Below, piece by piece: positions 26,465 through 34,877 of a stretch of 45,305 nucleotides of DNA (position 1 is its first letter; every line of letters starts with the position of its first letter). The notes under the pieces are model-generated. The model had not been told where the DNA came from. It saw only the letters and a list, made by a program, of their open reading frames with translations, and ran no database searches. The stretch is from Escherichia virus TH11. The translations under genes were made by a program, and so were the position numbers. The stretch lies in the sequence record MT446389.1. One strand, 5' to 3'.

Positions 26465-28288
26465 ATGGCAGCGGGTACTCTATCCGTAACGAATAACAGC
26501 AAGGCGGTTGTCGGGGTAGGCACGACGTTTACCACGTTTACAGCTGGCGACTTCTTAACGCTGGTGGTAGGGCAAGTCCCATACACTGTTGCTATCGCGT
26601 CAGTCGAAAGCGACACCGCGCTTACGCTGGTGCTGCCGTTCGACGGCCCCACGGCAACCGATCTCGCGTGGGATGGCGTTAAGCGCGATACCATGTCACT
26701 GGCGACGATGGGCGTAACCGTACAGGCACAGAAAGCATTGCGCTTGATGCTTGCAGATGAAAACAACTGGCGTGCAATCTTCGGCGACGCTGAAGAAATA
26801 ACCGTGACGTTGCCTAACGGGCAGGTAATGCAGGGTATGTCATGGGGATATCTGTCGCAGTTGATGAAACAGGTCGACCCAGTTGAGATGCGCAACCTGC
26901 AACAGCAAGCCGCCGCATCGGAAGCCGCCGCGCTGGTGTCACGCAACGAGGCCGAAGGCTTCAAGACTGAGACGGCAGGCATTCGCGACGCCACCAATCA
27001 GATTAAGGCAGACACACAGGCGATCCACGACGCCACGAATACCATCAAGACGCAGACCGACCAGATTAAGACCGACACGCAGGCCATCAAGGACCAGACG
27101 AACCAGATCAAGACCGACACCGGCGTTATGAGGGACGAGGCAAACACCGCGAAGACTGACGCGCAAGCCGCCAGCACTGCCGCGCAGGGATATCGCGACC
27201 AGGCCGAGGAATGGGCGCAAAGCGTTAACGCGGATAACCTGCTAACCAAATCCGGCAACCTCGCGGGGCTTGCGGACAAAAGTGCGTCGTGGGCTAACCT
27301 TATGCCGTCCGGCCCGCTTCGAGTAGGCGCTGATCCCGTCGACAATCTGGACGCTGCGACTAGAGGATGGGTGTGGCGCGGTCTTGATGACGTGGGGGTG
27401 TGGGCCTTACGCAATAACTATGCTTCGGAACCCGCTGGCGGCGCAGAAGTATACGGCGGTCGCTTCGACTCATCTGCGAACGTCGCAGGGGCCGAAAAAT
27501 ACAGAATGTCGCTGCAACTTCAGGGATTTAATAACGTAGACGCCTGGACACGTTTGGTTACCGCTGACGTCCGCAGCATGGTGAACGCGGCGACGTGGGA
27601 CTTTAAGATCGATGGTAAGTTGCTTTTCAACAAAGGATTGGTTACATCATCCATCTCGGCGTCGCCCGGTAACACCTATGTCACCCTTGCGAATACATGG
27701 AGTGACAGCCAATACTCAGGCCACGTAGGTTTTGTCGGAGGGGGAACTGGGGTGTCTAATGGTGGGTGGCGTAACTTTATTTCGTTCGGGGCGCTGATCC
27801 ACCCACTAGCCGGTAACTCACACCCCCACGCTATGATTTCGCAGGTCTTTGACTATGATTTGTCGACTGGGGTACAGCCCAACGGCGATATCGTTCGAAA
27901 CACAACATTCAACCCCGAAGCATACGATATTACTTTCGGCAACAACTCAGGGACTGTTAACTATCTTTTTTCAAAGTCCCCAGTATCCGACAGGGCGCTG
28001 AAGCATGATATCGCCAGGATCGATACTCAAGTCGCGTACGATAACGTTATGGCTATGGAGTACTCGTCCTTTGTTTATAACTACGACAAAAAAGAGACGG
28101 TTAGACGTGGTTTTATCGCGCAGCAGTTGGAAGAGATCGACCCGCAGTATGTCCGTAAGTACGCCAACGCAACCGGTAAAGAGTCTCTGGCATTGGATGA
28201 AAACGTTCTACTACTGGACCTTATCGCGACTGTTCAGCATTTAGCGGCAAAGGTTGAAGCCTTAGAAAGTAAGTTAGCGGATAAATAA
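26465..28288 (+). CDS. tail fiber protein with C-terminal S74-type intramolecular chaperone domain
   Basis: C-terminus SDRALKHDIARID...; coiled-coil repeats TxQIKxDTQAI; start trimmed to MAAGTLSV because the track ATG lies inside the regulatory motif. Confidence 0.7.
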   Translation: MAAGTLSVTNNSKAVVGVGTTFTTFTAGDFLTLVVGQVPYTVAIASVESDTALTLVLPFDGPTATDLAWDGVKRDTMSLATMGVTVQAQKALRLMLADENNWRAIFGDAEEITVTLPNGQVMQGMSWGYLSQLMKQVDPVEMRNLQQQAAASEAAALVSRNEAEGFKTETAGIRDATNQIKADTQAIHDATNTIKTQTDQIKTDTQAIKDQTNQIKTDTGVMRDEANTAKTDAQAASTAAQGYRDQAEEWAQSVNADNLLTKSGNLAGLADKSASWANLMPSGPLRVGADPVDNLDAATRGWVWRGLDDVGVWALRNNYASEPAGGAEVYGGRFDSSANVAGAEKYRMSLQLQGFNNVDAWTRLVTADVRSMVNAATWDFKIDGKLLFNKGLVTSSISASPGNTYVTLANTWSDSQYSGHVGFVGGGTGVSNGGWRNFISFGALIHPLAGNSHPHAMISQVFDYDLSTGVQPNGDIVRNTTFNPEAYDITFGNNSGTVNYLFSKSPVSDRALKHDIARIDTQVAYDNVMAMEYSSFVYNYDKKETVRRGFIAQQLEEIDPQYVRKYANATGKESLALDENVLLLDLIATVQHLAAKVEALESKLADK

Positions 28289-28291
28289 GGA

Positions 28292-28316
28292 GAAGGGGCC
28301 ATACGGCCCCTTTTTA
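28292..28316. terminator. bidirectional hairpin terminator
   Basis: aaggggcc-atac-ggcccctt followed by TTTTT; between convergent genes. Confidence 0.55.
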
Positions 28317-28889
28317 GTTTGAGTTTTCCCAGTCCATTTTGCGCCGCACCAGCGGACTCTCGTAATACTCCTTACCCTCCACTTCCACCAAAGGCCAGTC
28401 GTTCACGATTACGTACGGTTCCGCGATATCCTCAATCACGCCGTGCGCGCTATGTTGCCCGAACGCTACGCCAACCAGGATGACACCGGCAACTCGACGG
28501 GATAGATATTCTCGAGCGCAACGTGCCTCGACCAGTCCGCGACGGATGCCGCTGGTGGCTTTGACCTCGTAGGTCCAGACGGCATCAATCATGTGCTCAC
28601 GGAAGTCGGGGCCGGACTTAACCTTGCGCTTACCGACCATGATAATATCGCCGCGGTCGATAGTATTTGCGCTAAACAGGCCAGTACGCATAAGCAAACC
28701 TTGCGGGATACAACTACGCCCGCCTGCCAGCCCTTCAAGGTACATGCCTGCAAACATCTCGCCCAGCACACCGACAAGACGGCTTTGCTTGCACGCGTCA
28801 GACTTTAAGCGCCACTGGTCAAACTCGACGCTTGCTAACATTGCCGCGATGTGGAATTGTTTACCGGTTATTTCATATTCGCCGTACAT
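28314..28889 (-). CDS. hypothetical protein, possible PD-(D/E)XK-like fold
   Basis: 191 aa, last gene of leftward operon; weak GD...D...EVK pattern only. Confidence 0.45.
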   Translation of the reverse strand: MYGEYEITGKQFHIAAMLASVEFDQWRLKSDACKQSRLVGVLGEMFAGMYLEGLAGGRSCIPQGLLMRTGLFSANTIDRGDIIMVGKRKVKSGPDFREHMIDAVWTYEVKATSGIRRGLVEARCAREYLSRRVAGVILVGVAFGQHSAHGVIEDIAEPYVIVNDWPLVEVEGKEYYESPLVRRKMDWENSN

Positions 28890-28931
28890 TGTGAAGCCCT
28901 CATTGCTGCGGGCCGAAGCCCGCTATTAGAA

Positions 28932-29264
28932 TTATTTAAGTGCGCTAGTCACCAGTGTTTTTTCCATATTGCGGAAGTCTTCCGGCGTCATGAGGATTTT
29001 GGACCCATCCTCGCCAGTGAGCACGACCATAGGCTGGACTTCTTGATCCGCAATGCCGAAATTGGCGGCTTTAACGGTCTTCCCTAACGAGGCCACCGTA
29101 TCCTCGGCAACGCGCATTCCACTGTTATACGCATTAATCTCGCCATCCAGGCGCACGGACAGGTCCGAAGGCTTGAACGCGCCGCCGGTCTTGATAGGCC
29201 AGCCCTTGAGGCTGTCGAATTGCGCTGCCGTTGTATCGATCTGAATCTCGTCATGCACGGTCAT
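28932..29264 (-). CDS. hypothetical protein
   Basis: 110 aa from internal ATG (MTVHDEIQ); track N-terminal extension overlaps a better-supported small gene. Confidence 0.4.
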   Translation of the reverse strand: MTVHDEIQIDTTAAQFDSLKGWPIKTGGAFKPSDLSVRLDGEINAYNSGMRVAEDTVASLGKTVKAANFGIADQEVQPMVVLTGEDGSKILMTPEDFRNMEKTLVTSALK

Positions 29265-29406
29265 GTAAGACTCGCCCGGTAAGCGCGTTAAACACGGCAG
29301 CGATCTGTTTCGCGCTGCGTTCTTCTTTCGCGTTGTCATAGCCGTTTTCTTTTCCGCGCTGTTCCATAGTGGTGGCGGCGTTTTTGCAGTATTCGTATGC
29401 TTTCAT
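29254..29406 (-). CDS. small hypothetical protein (50 aa)
   Basis: Strong RBS AGGAG 7 nt upstream of ATG at 29406; own translation. Confidence 0.3.
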
Positions 29407-29423
29407 GGTTTGTCTCCTTTTAG

Positions 29424-29453
29424 GGGAGGCAGTATTGCCTCCCGATGTGGTTG
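29424..29453. repeat. conserved stem-loop element copy 1
   Basis: GGGAGGC-AGTATT-GCCTCCC followed by GATGTGGTT. Confidence 0.5.
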
Positions 29454-29457
29454 TGTG

Positions 29458-29727
29458 TTATTTCTTGGCCCACTCCAGAGTTTTACACTCGTAGTCTTCT
29501 TCGGCCTGGCTGAGCACACACGTCATCATGTGCTCCGCATTGTCAAATCCGCTGGATTTAGCGTATTTATCTGCTCCTCCAACCTCTGCAATCTCGGCGT
29601 TTAGCGCCTCTACAGAATGCAGTTCGATATTATTAAGATAAGGGCTTGAAACGCCTTCTTTGTCTTCAATCATTGACCAGAATGCGTTGATTTTGTTGTC
29701 CAGGTCCGCACTAATGAATTGTTTCAT
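29458..29727 (-). CDS. hypothetical protein
   Basis: 89 aa from internal ATG (MKQFISADL) with RBS AAGGTG; track start lies in TGCAACCAAT motifs. Confidence 0.45.
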   Translation of the reverse strand: MKQFISADLDNKINAFWSMIEDKEGVSSPYLNNIELHSVEALNAEIAEVGGADKYAKSSGFDNAEHMMTCVLSQAEEDYECKTLEWAKK

Positions 29728-29748
29728 AATATTCACCTTTTTGTTGCG

Positions 29749-29778
29749 GGAGGCGGTATTGCCTCCCGATGTGGTTAA
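29749..29778. repeat. conserved stem-loop element copy 2
   Basis: GGGAGGC-GGTATT-GCCTCCC followed by GATGTGGTT. Confidence 0.5.
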
Positions 29779-29784
29779 TATAGT

Positions 29785-29805
29785 TGGTTGCATTATTGGT
29801 TGCAA
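29785..29805. promoter_or_regulatory. tandem ATTGGTTGCA motifs, candidate leftward promoter
   Basis: Minus strand reads TTGCAA, 17 nt, TATATT upstream of gene 29458..29727. Confidence 0.45.
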
Positions 29806-30263
29806 GTGAATTTTGCAAGATTCACAGAATAAATATGCGGGACCAGTTCTTCACACGCCCGTTTGATGGCGGCGATGTTCTTCGCGCAGTCGTCAATGAT
29901 GACCAGTTCGTTAACTTCTGCATAGCACACCAGGCCAAATACGGAACGGGCCTTGTACTCTGGCGGCGGCGTGTCATCAAGCATATGGCGTAAGAACAGA
30001 CGACCTTTCGGGAATCTATCCAATTGCTCTTTCGTTGACTCCCAGCAATCTGACTGGCGGTTTGACAGGTACGCAATGTCGAAGCCCTGTTTAGCGTACA
30101 TGCGCAATAACGGCAGCATGTCATAATTAATGTCTTCGCGGACGTGGGCCTTATGCCACTTCGCCCAAAACGTTGATTTAGTCTTGATCCCCGGAACTAG
30201 GTCGTCGCGCACACTGCTTGACCCGTTGATAACGCCATCTAAATCGCAAATCAGTAGTTTCAT
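29793..30263 (-). CDS. HAD-superfamily phosphatase-like protein
   Basis: Motif I CDLDGVI, motif II IAYLSNR, motif IV VIIDD. Confidence 0.55.
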   Translation of the reverse strand: MKLLICDLDGVINGSSSVRDDLVPGIKTKSTFWAKWHKAHVREDINYDMLPLLRMYAKQGFDIAYLSNRQSDCWESTKEQLDRFPKGRLFLRHMLDDTPPPEYKARSVFGLVCYAEVNELVIIDDCAKNIAAIKRACEELVPHIYSVNLAKFTCNQ

Positions 30264-30481
30264 TTTAATTCCGCCATTAAATTTTCACGTACAATACGGG
30301 CCGAGAATGCGTCGCACACAAGATGGCAACGCGCCGTCATGACAAGCCAGCCAGTTAGGTCAAGGCCCAGCAATTGATGAGGTTGGCTTGCGCGCCTTAC
30401 TTTATTTCCAGGGAAAACCTGGTAGCGTTTAATTATTTCATCCACGACGCGAGGACTTCGGTCGACGACTAAGATATTCAT
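30260..30481 (-). CDS. hypothetical protein
   Basis: 73-aa ORF overlapping neighbours at both ends. Confidence 0.35.
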   Translation of the reverse strand: MNILVVDRSPRVVDEIIKRYQVFPGNKVRRASQPHQLLGLDLTGWLVMTARCHLVCDAFSARIVRENLMAELK

Positions 30482-30947
30482 TTAATTCACCTTCGCTCAT
30501 TATTTCGATTTGTGCGCTGCCGTTTGGCGGCACTTCTTCAAAGATTATCAATTGCTGGCACTTGTTGTTACTCGGCCCGACTTCGCCGGTGACGGCGTGT
30601 ATAAATCTAATCCGCCAGTCCAGAAGAATTATCAGGTTTGCAGTCTTCCTGGCCAGCTTCGCCCACTTCGTCGACGTGTCCTGATTCAGTAGCATGACCG
30701 TCCGGCGTCCGTGCGCTGCGCACTCTACCCACGGCAGCGGATCGGAATACGGCGGATTGCACCACTTCCACCCTTTCAACTCGGACCAGTCCACATCAAG
30801 CGCACTGTGTTCCGCCGTGAAGTAACGCGGTAGCAGATGATTGGCGTCGCTTGCCGCCATATCGTAACGGAATCGGTATTTCCGACGAAGCGGTTTAAAT
30901 AAAGCTGGCGGCGTGCGCCAGCTATCTTTTTGCTCATTCTCCGTCAT
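30438..30947 (-). CDS. DNA N6-adenine methyltransferase (phage Dam-type)
   Basis: 169 aa with WRTPP N-terminal motif and catalytic NPPY (WCNPPYS). Confidence 0.7.
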   Translation of the reverse strand: MTENEQKDSWRTPPALFKPLRRKYRFRYDMAASDANHLLPRYFTAEHSALDVDWSELKGWKWCNPPYSDPLPWVECAAHGRRTVMLLNQDTSTKWAKLARKTANLIILLDWRIRFIHAVTGEVGPSNNKCQQLIIFEEVPPNGSAQIEIMSEGELNEYLSRRPKSSRRG

Positions 30948-31392
30948 AGTCGGGATCTATCGCATACAGGGCGGTTTTCTTGCCACTGGATAGCACGCGT
31001 TGGACTCGGGATAGCTCCGCCCTACTGAGCGGTCGGCTATCGGAATAGTAGCTGCCGTTTGCACGCCACGCTATACGCACCAGTCCTTTCCGCGGGATCG
31101 AAGACTGGCTGCCCTTCGGACGGACGTACTCCTCGGCCAGTTTGCAATGCTCGCGCAGACCTTCGGCAGTGATGCGGTTTAGCGCGACGGTGGTTGTGTA
31201 CCCGGTGCGCTGCATAATACCCATCAACTCATACAGCAGTTCGAAGCGCTCCTCTAACTCCTTGCGCATCTTTTCCTCGCCTTCATAGCTCGCCAGGTAG
31301 GTATCCGCGAGCGCGTTCGCCCGTTCGACCTGTTCGCGGGCTTCGAGGCATTGCGCGGCCCAGTAATTTTTCTCTTCTTGTAAAATTTTCAT
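30934..31392 (-). CDS. hypothetical protein
   Basis: 152 aa, coiled-coil N-terminus. Confidence 0.45.
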   Translation of the reverse strand: MKILQEEKNYWAAQCLEAREQVERANALADTYLASYEGEEKMRKELEERFELLYELMGIMQRTGYTTTVALNRITAEGLREHCKLAEEYVRPKGSQSSIPRKGLVRIAWRANGSYYSDSRPLSRAELSRVQRVLSSGKKTALYAIDPDYDGE

Positions 31393-31446
31393 CGTGTTGT
31401 CTCCAGGTATTAAAAAAGGCGTCCAAACCGGACACCCTTAAGATAA

Positions 31447-31473
31447 TGCAACCAATATGATTATGCAACCAAT
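31447..31473. promoter_or_regulatory. tandem TGCAACCAAT motifs, candidate leftward promoter
   Basis: Minus strand reads TTGCAT, 17 nt, TATCTT upstream of gene starting 31392. Confidence 0.45.
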
Positions 31474-31797
31474 TTACGCATAAAAGTTCGGGTCGCGTGC
31501 GACGTCTACCAGGTAAAGGTTGCTTATGCGGTTGCCGTAGTGCCCTGGAGTGCGCTGGCGGCACACAACGGCGAAGCCTGGAGGGATTGTATTGCCCGTC
31601 TCAATAATCCACGCCACGCGTGCGCCAGACAGCGTCTTTCCGTTGCATTCGATACGTGTTCCACCATCGGCAGTATTGATGTTGCCAATCTTGCAGCCGG
31701 TGGACTTCAGACGGATGACTCCGGTTTTGCTGTCGTAGGTGAATAGCTGGTTAGTCATTGCGACTGAAAAATCGATGGTTTCGTATGTAGCGTTCAT
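31474..31797 (-). CDS. hypothetical protein, possible degenerate HNH_3-like
   Basis: 107 aa; Gly-rich beta-hairpin pattern loosely like HNH_3 but catalytic His not evident. Confidence 0.3.
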   Translation of the reverse strand: MNATYETIDFSVAMTNQLFTYDSKTGVIRLKSTGCKIGNINTADGGTRIECNGKTLSGARVAWIIETGNTIPPGFAVVCRQRTPGHYGNRISNLYLVDVARDPNFYA

Positions 31798-32504
31798 TTT
31801 AAATTTTCCTCGTTAACCGCTATCGCGAAGCCGCGCGGAGTGAGTGAGCGGATTAATTTTGTACGAGCGGATTTACCACCGAGGCGACTATACTGTTTCG
31901 AGTACCCTTTTTCAACGAAAACAGGTTTCTTCTCTGGCATACGGAAGCCGTTGCCGGTCCATAAGCAAGTCAGCTTCGGATATGAATCGCGGGCGTTGAT
32001 GTATTCCGGGAAGAGCGGGTGTACGTCATCCTCCGGCAGATACCCCCCATACTCCCACGGGTCGAACGAGTGATCCGGCTTGCGCCACTGGGTGGAAAGC
32101 ACACTGCGCGGATTCTCAATCATATATGGCACTTCGAAGAAGTCACCCAGGTAAGCGGCGATCTTCGCGGTGCGCACCGCCTTAAGCTGAAAGGCGGGGT
32201 CTTTTGCACGTTTGCGCGGGAAAGCTGGCGCGCCGCTCACTGCCAGATCCGTACACGGAGGGAACGCATAGATTATATCCGGCGTACCGAAATCGCCATT
32301 CATCGCGCGGTCCACAAAGTCCATATCGATAAACTCATTGCGATATCGGATTCCACGACCATAAATCCGGTAGTCAAGGTATGATCCGTGATCGGCTTCG
32401 GAGTAGTTGAAGCAATAACACTTATGCCCCATCTCGGCAGCACGCTCAATCATCAAGCCGCTGCCGTCAAACAATGACCAGATTGTCATTTTCGCAATAG
32501 TCAT
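31794..32504 (-). CDS. DNA cytosine-5 methyltransferase-like protein (short)
   Basis: Motif I-like LFDGSG, motif IV-like FPPCTDLAVSG, motif VI-like IENPRSVL; 236 aa is short for a full C5-MTase. Confidence 0.5.
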   Translation of the reverse strand: MTIAKMTIWSLFDGSGLMIERAAEMGHKCYCFNYSEADHGSYLDYRIYGRGIRYRNEFIDMDFVDRAMNGDFGTPDIIYAFPPCTDLAVSGAPAFPRKRAKDPAFQLKAVRTAKIAAYLGDFFEVPYMIENPRSVLSTQWRKPDHSFDPWEYGGYLPEDDVHPLFPEYINARDSYPKLTCLWTGNGFRMPEKKPVFVEKGYSKQYSRLGGKSARTKLIRSLTPRGFAIAVNEENLK

Positions 32505-33925
32505 TTGCGCGCCTTCTTAGCTTTCATGTATTCCATCAAGTCGTCCTGAATGTCTCGCTTACTGTCGCGACGCTCGGCGACCAATTCGTCCAGTGTCCCG
32601 CGAGCCTGGATAATGTAGACGAATACTGGTCGAGGGTGTCCGGCTTGCATCTGGCGAACCGGCCCGATACGTTCAACGATCTGCGAAAAGTGTTCAAAGT
32701 TCCAGGTGTCTGAGAAGATTGCCAGGTGATGACCGCCGTCCTGCAAGTTAAGGCCGTGACCAGCCGATGCCGGGTGTGCGAACATGATGGGGATCTCGCC
32801 TCTGTTCCACGCTTCCATATCCTTATTGCCTTGCTTACCCTTACCCAGCGCTACGCCGTGCGGAAATTTCTTCTTAAGACGTGCCAGGTCATGCTTATAC
32901 TGATACGCAACGAGCAACGGCGCGCCGTTCAACTCCTCCACGATACTTTCCAGCGCGTCCAGTTTAGCGTCGTGAATTTTCACCCATTCATCGGTGCGCT
33001 CGCCGTCTTCGTCGACCTTATATACGGCCCCGGAAGCAAGCTGAAGGCACTTAATGGTCTTCGACGCGGCGTTTGCGGCCTCCACAGTTCCGCTTTCCAG
33101 TTCGGCAAATAGCTCACTTTCAAACTGGTCGTAAATCTTGCGGGCTTTCTTCGGCAGGTCCACGACAACCGGCGTATAGATTGGCTTGTCGCACCCGAAG
33201 TATTCAGCCGCGTCAACGGTTAGTGATACGTCAGACAGGCGTTGTTGTATTTCTTTCTCGGAGTTCTTTAGCGGGGCGTGCTGCATAGTGAAGCTGCCAG
33301 GCTTAACCGGCTTGCTAATGAACCAGCGATCGGTAAATGCCTTATAGCTACTGCCGAGGCGTTCGCCACCGTCGACAAACCACGTCTGACCCCACAGGTC
33401 TTTCAGTCCGTTTGGAGCGGGCGTGCCGGTCAGGTTAATCCAGCGCTTGACGTGCTTATGTGCGATCGCCGCCAGGGCGCGGGCGCGCTTACTGCCCTGC
33501 TTGCTGCGGTAGCCTTTCAGCTTAGTGGATTCATCGGCAACAACGACCGTAAAGGGCCACGCATCGCCGTAATAGTCAACCAACCACTCAACCACATCAT
33601 AGTTAACACAAACCACGTTAGCGTCGCTCTCAAGCGCTGCAATACGGTCCTTCTCAGGTCCAGTGCCGTCTACGACCAGCAGGGATGAGAATCGCCATTT
33701 CTCCTGCTCCGGTGGCCAGGTGCCGGACGCAACGCGCAGCGGGGCCAGCACCAGTACGCGGTCCTCATGATGGGACAGGACGCCAGTCTGGAACATTTTA
33801 TTCAGCGCCCACATTGTCGCGCCGGTTTTACCGGATCCCATTGTCGCCCATATATTACATCGCTTATGCTTGAGGATGAACGCGGTTATCAACTTCTGAT
33901 ATTCGCGGCGTCGGAATCTTGCCAT
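32501..33925 (-). CDS. SNF2-family ATP-dependent helicase
   Basis: Walker A MGSGKTG, motif II VVADESTK; start at internal ATG 33925, track GTG at 34015 would overlap upstream gene. Confidence 0.7.
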   Translation of the reverse strand: MARFRRREYQKLITAFILKHKRCNIWATMGSGKTGATMWALNKMFQTGVLSHHEDRVLVLAPLRVASGTWPPEQEKWRFSSLLVVDGTGPEKDRIAALESDANVVCVNYDVVEWLVDYYGDAWPFTVVVADESTKLKGYRSKQGSKRARALAAIAHKHVKRWINLTGTPAPNGLKDLWGQTWFVDGGERLGSSYKAFTDRWFISKPVKPGSFTMQHAPLKNSEKEIQQRLSDVSLTVDAAEYFGCDKPIYTPVVVDLPKKARKIYDQFESELFAELESGTVEAANAASKTIKCLQLASGAVYKVDEDGERTDEWVKIHDAKLDALESIVEELNGAPLLVAYQYKHDLARLKKKFPHGVALGKGKQGNKDMEAWNRGEIPIMFAHPASAGHGLNLQDGGHHLAIFSDTWNFEHFSQIVERIGPVRQMQAGHPRPVFVYIIQARGTLDELVAERRDSKRDIQDDLMEYMKAKKARK

Positions 33926-33929
33926 GTCT

Positions 33930-34154
33930 TTATTCCGCCTTTTTCCAGACTTCTGTCTCACTGTTCCAGTTCCTTTTTGTGGCGTCGTAGTTGGTGGCGT
34001 GTCCGATGTGGACACCGGTAGCCCGGAAGCTCTTAAATTTTTGCCAGCACACCGTCAACGGCAGCGGGTAATTCATGCCTGCGATAAACCACACGCGATC
34101 GCCCGGTTTACATTCGCCCAGCTTGGTGAGTCGGTAATGTTCTTTCATCGTCAT
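33930..34154 (-). CDS. hypothetical protein
   Basis: 74-aa ORF; weak RBS. Confidence 0.3.
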   Translation of the reverse strand: MTMKEHYRLTKLGECKPGDRVWFIAGMNYPLPLTVCWQKFKSFRATGVHIGHATNYDATKRNWNSETEVWKKAE

Positions 34155-34192
34155 GTCTCTCTAAAAATGGCGGGACAAGCCCGCCGTATTGA

Positions 34193-34366
34193 TTATTCTT
34201 GTTCTGCGCGATAGCGGCGCTGCCGTTCGCGCTCTTTCTTATTGCGGCACGACTTGCACTCGGCCCGATGCCCGTCCGGGCTGCGCGCAGTCTTACCGGT
34301 GTATTTGTGGAACTGGGACAGCGGCTTGATGCAGCCGCAATTACTGCAACGTTTTTCTTCAATCAT
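34193..34366 (-). CDS. small zinc-ribbon protein
   Basis: 57 aa from internal ATG; CSNCGC...CKSC four-Cys pattern, basic C-terminus. Confidence 0.35.
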   Translation of the reverse strand: MIEEKRCSNCGCIKPLSQFHKYTGKTARSPDGHRAECKSCRNKKERERQRRYRAEQE

Positions 34367-34406
34367 TTCTAAAATCCTCGATAGTGCTAACCGGCACACT
34401 ATACCG

Positions 34407-34685
34407 CTACGCGACCAATTCAGCAACCAATAAATCACAGTCGGCTATGTTGTCGATAACGCGAACGTCCGCACCGCGGCGGGCCATTCGTTCATGTTCA
34501 CGTACCTGGTGCGGCTTCGGTTTCCCACCTGGGCGCTTCACTTCGACGAACACTATTTTGCCGTTGATGATAATAATCAGGTCGGGCGCACCTGCGCGCC
34601 CCTCCCATGCCAGTTTTCGGCAGAATCCCCCAACGGCTTTAACCAGCTTCATCAGGTGACTTTGTATCTTGCCTTCTGGTGTCAT
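34407..34685 (-). CDS. VRR-NUC domain nuclease
   Basis: 92 aa with PD-(D/E)XK core GAPDLIII...VFVEVKRPGGKP...Q. Confidence 0.7.
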   Translation of the reverse strand: MTPEGKIQSHLMKLVKAVGGFCRKLAWEGRAGAPDLIIIINGKIVFVEVKRPGGKPKPHQVREHERMARRGADVRVIDNIADCDLLVAELVA

Positions 34686-34873
34686 TTGGTCTGCAACTCC
34701 ACGTTACGCAGACGAAGGTCTACCGGTATATCCGACCGGCCGGTTAGTGCCAGCGCCAGGTTTTCAGGCGTGACGAGTGCCGTAATGGTCTTGCCACGTT
34801 CCAGTCTAATGACGATTCGAATCTCGTCATTGTCCGTCGCGCCAGCGCGCATAATGCTCATTTCTGCTTTCAT
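34682..34873 (-). CDS. hypothetical protein
   Basis: About 63 aa from internal ATG (MKAEMS) abutting DNA polymerase stop. Confidence 0.35.
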   Translation of the reverse strand: MKAEMSIMRAGATDNDEIRIVIRLERGKTITALVTPENLALALTGRSDIPVDLRLRNVELQTK

Positions 34874-34877
34874 AATC

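Noticed and set aside
26449-26997. 182-aa minus-strand ORF
   Set aside because: Antisense to the tail fiber gene, low-complexity translation.
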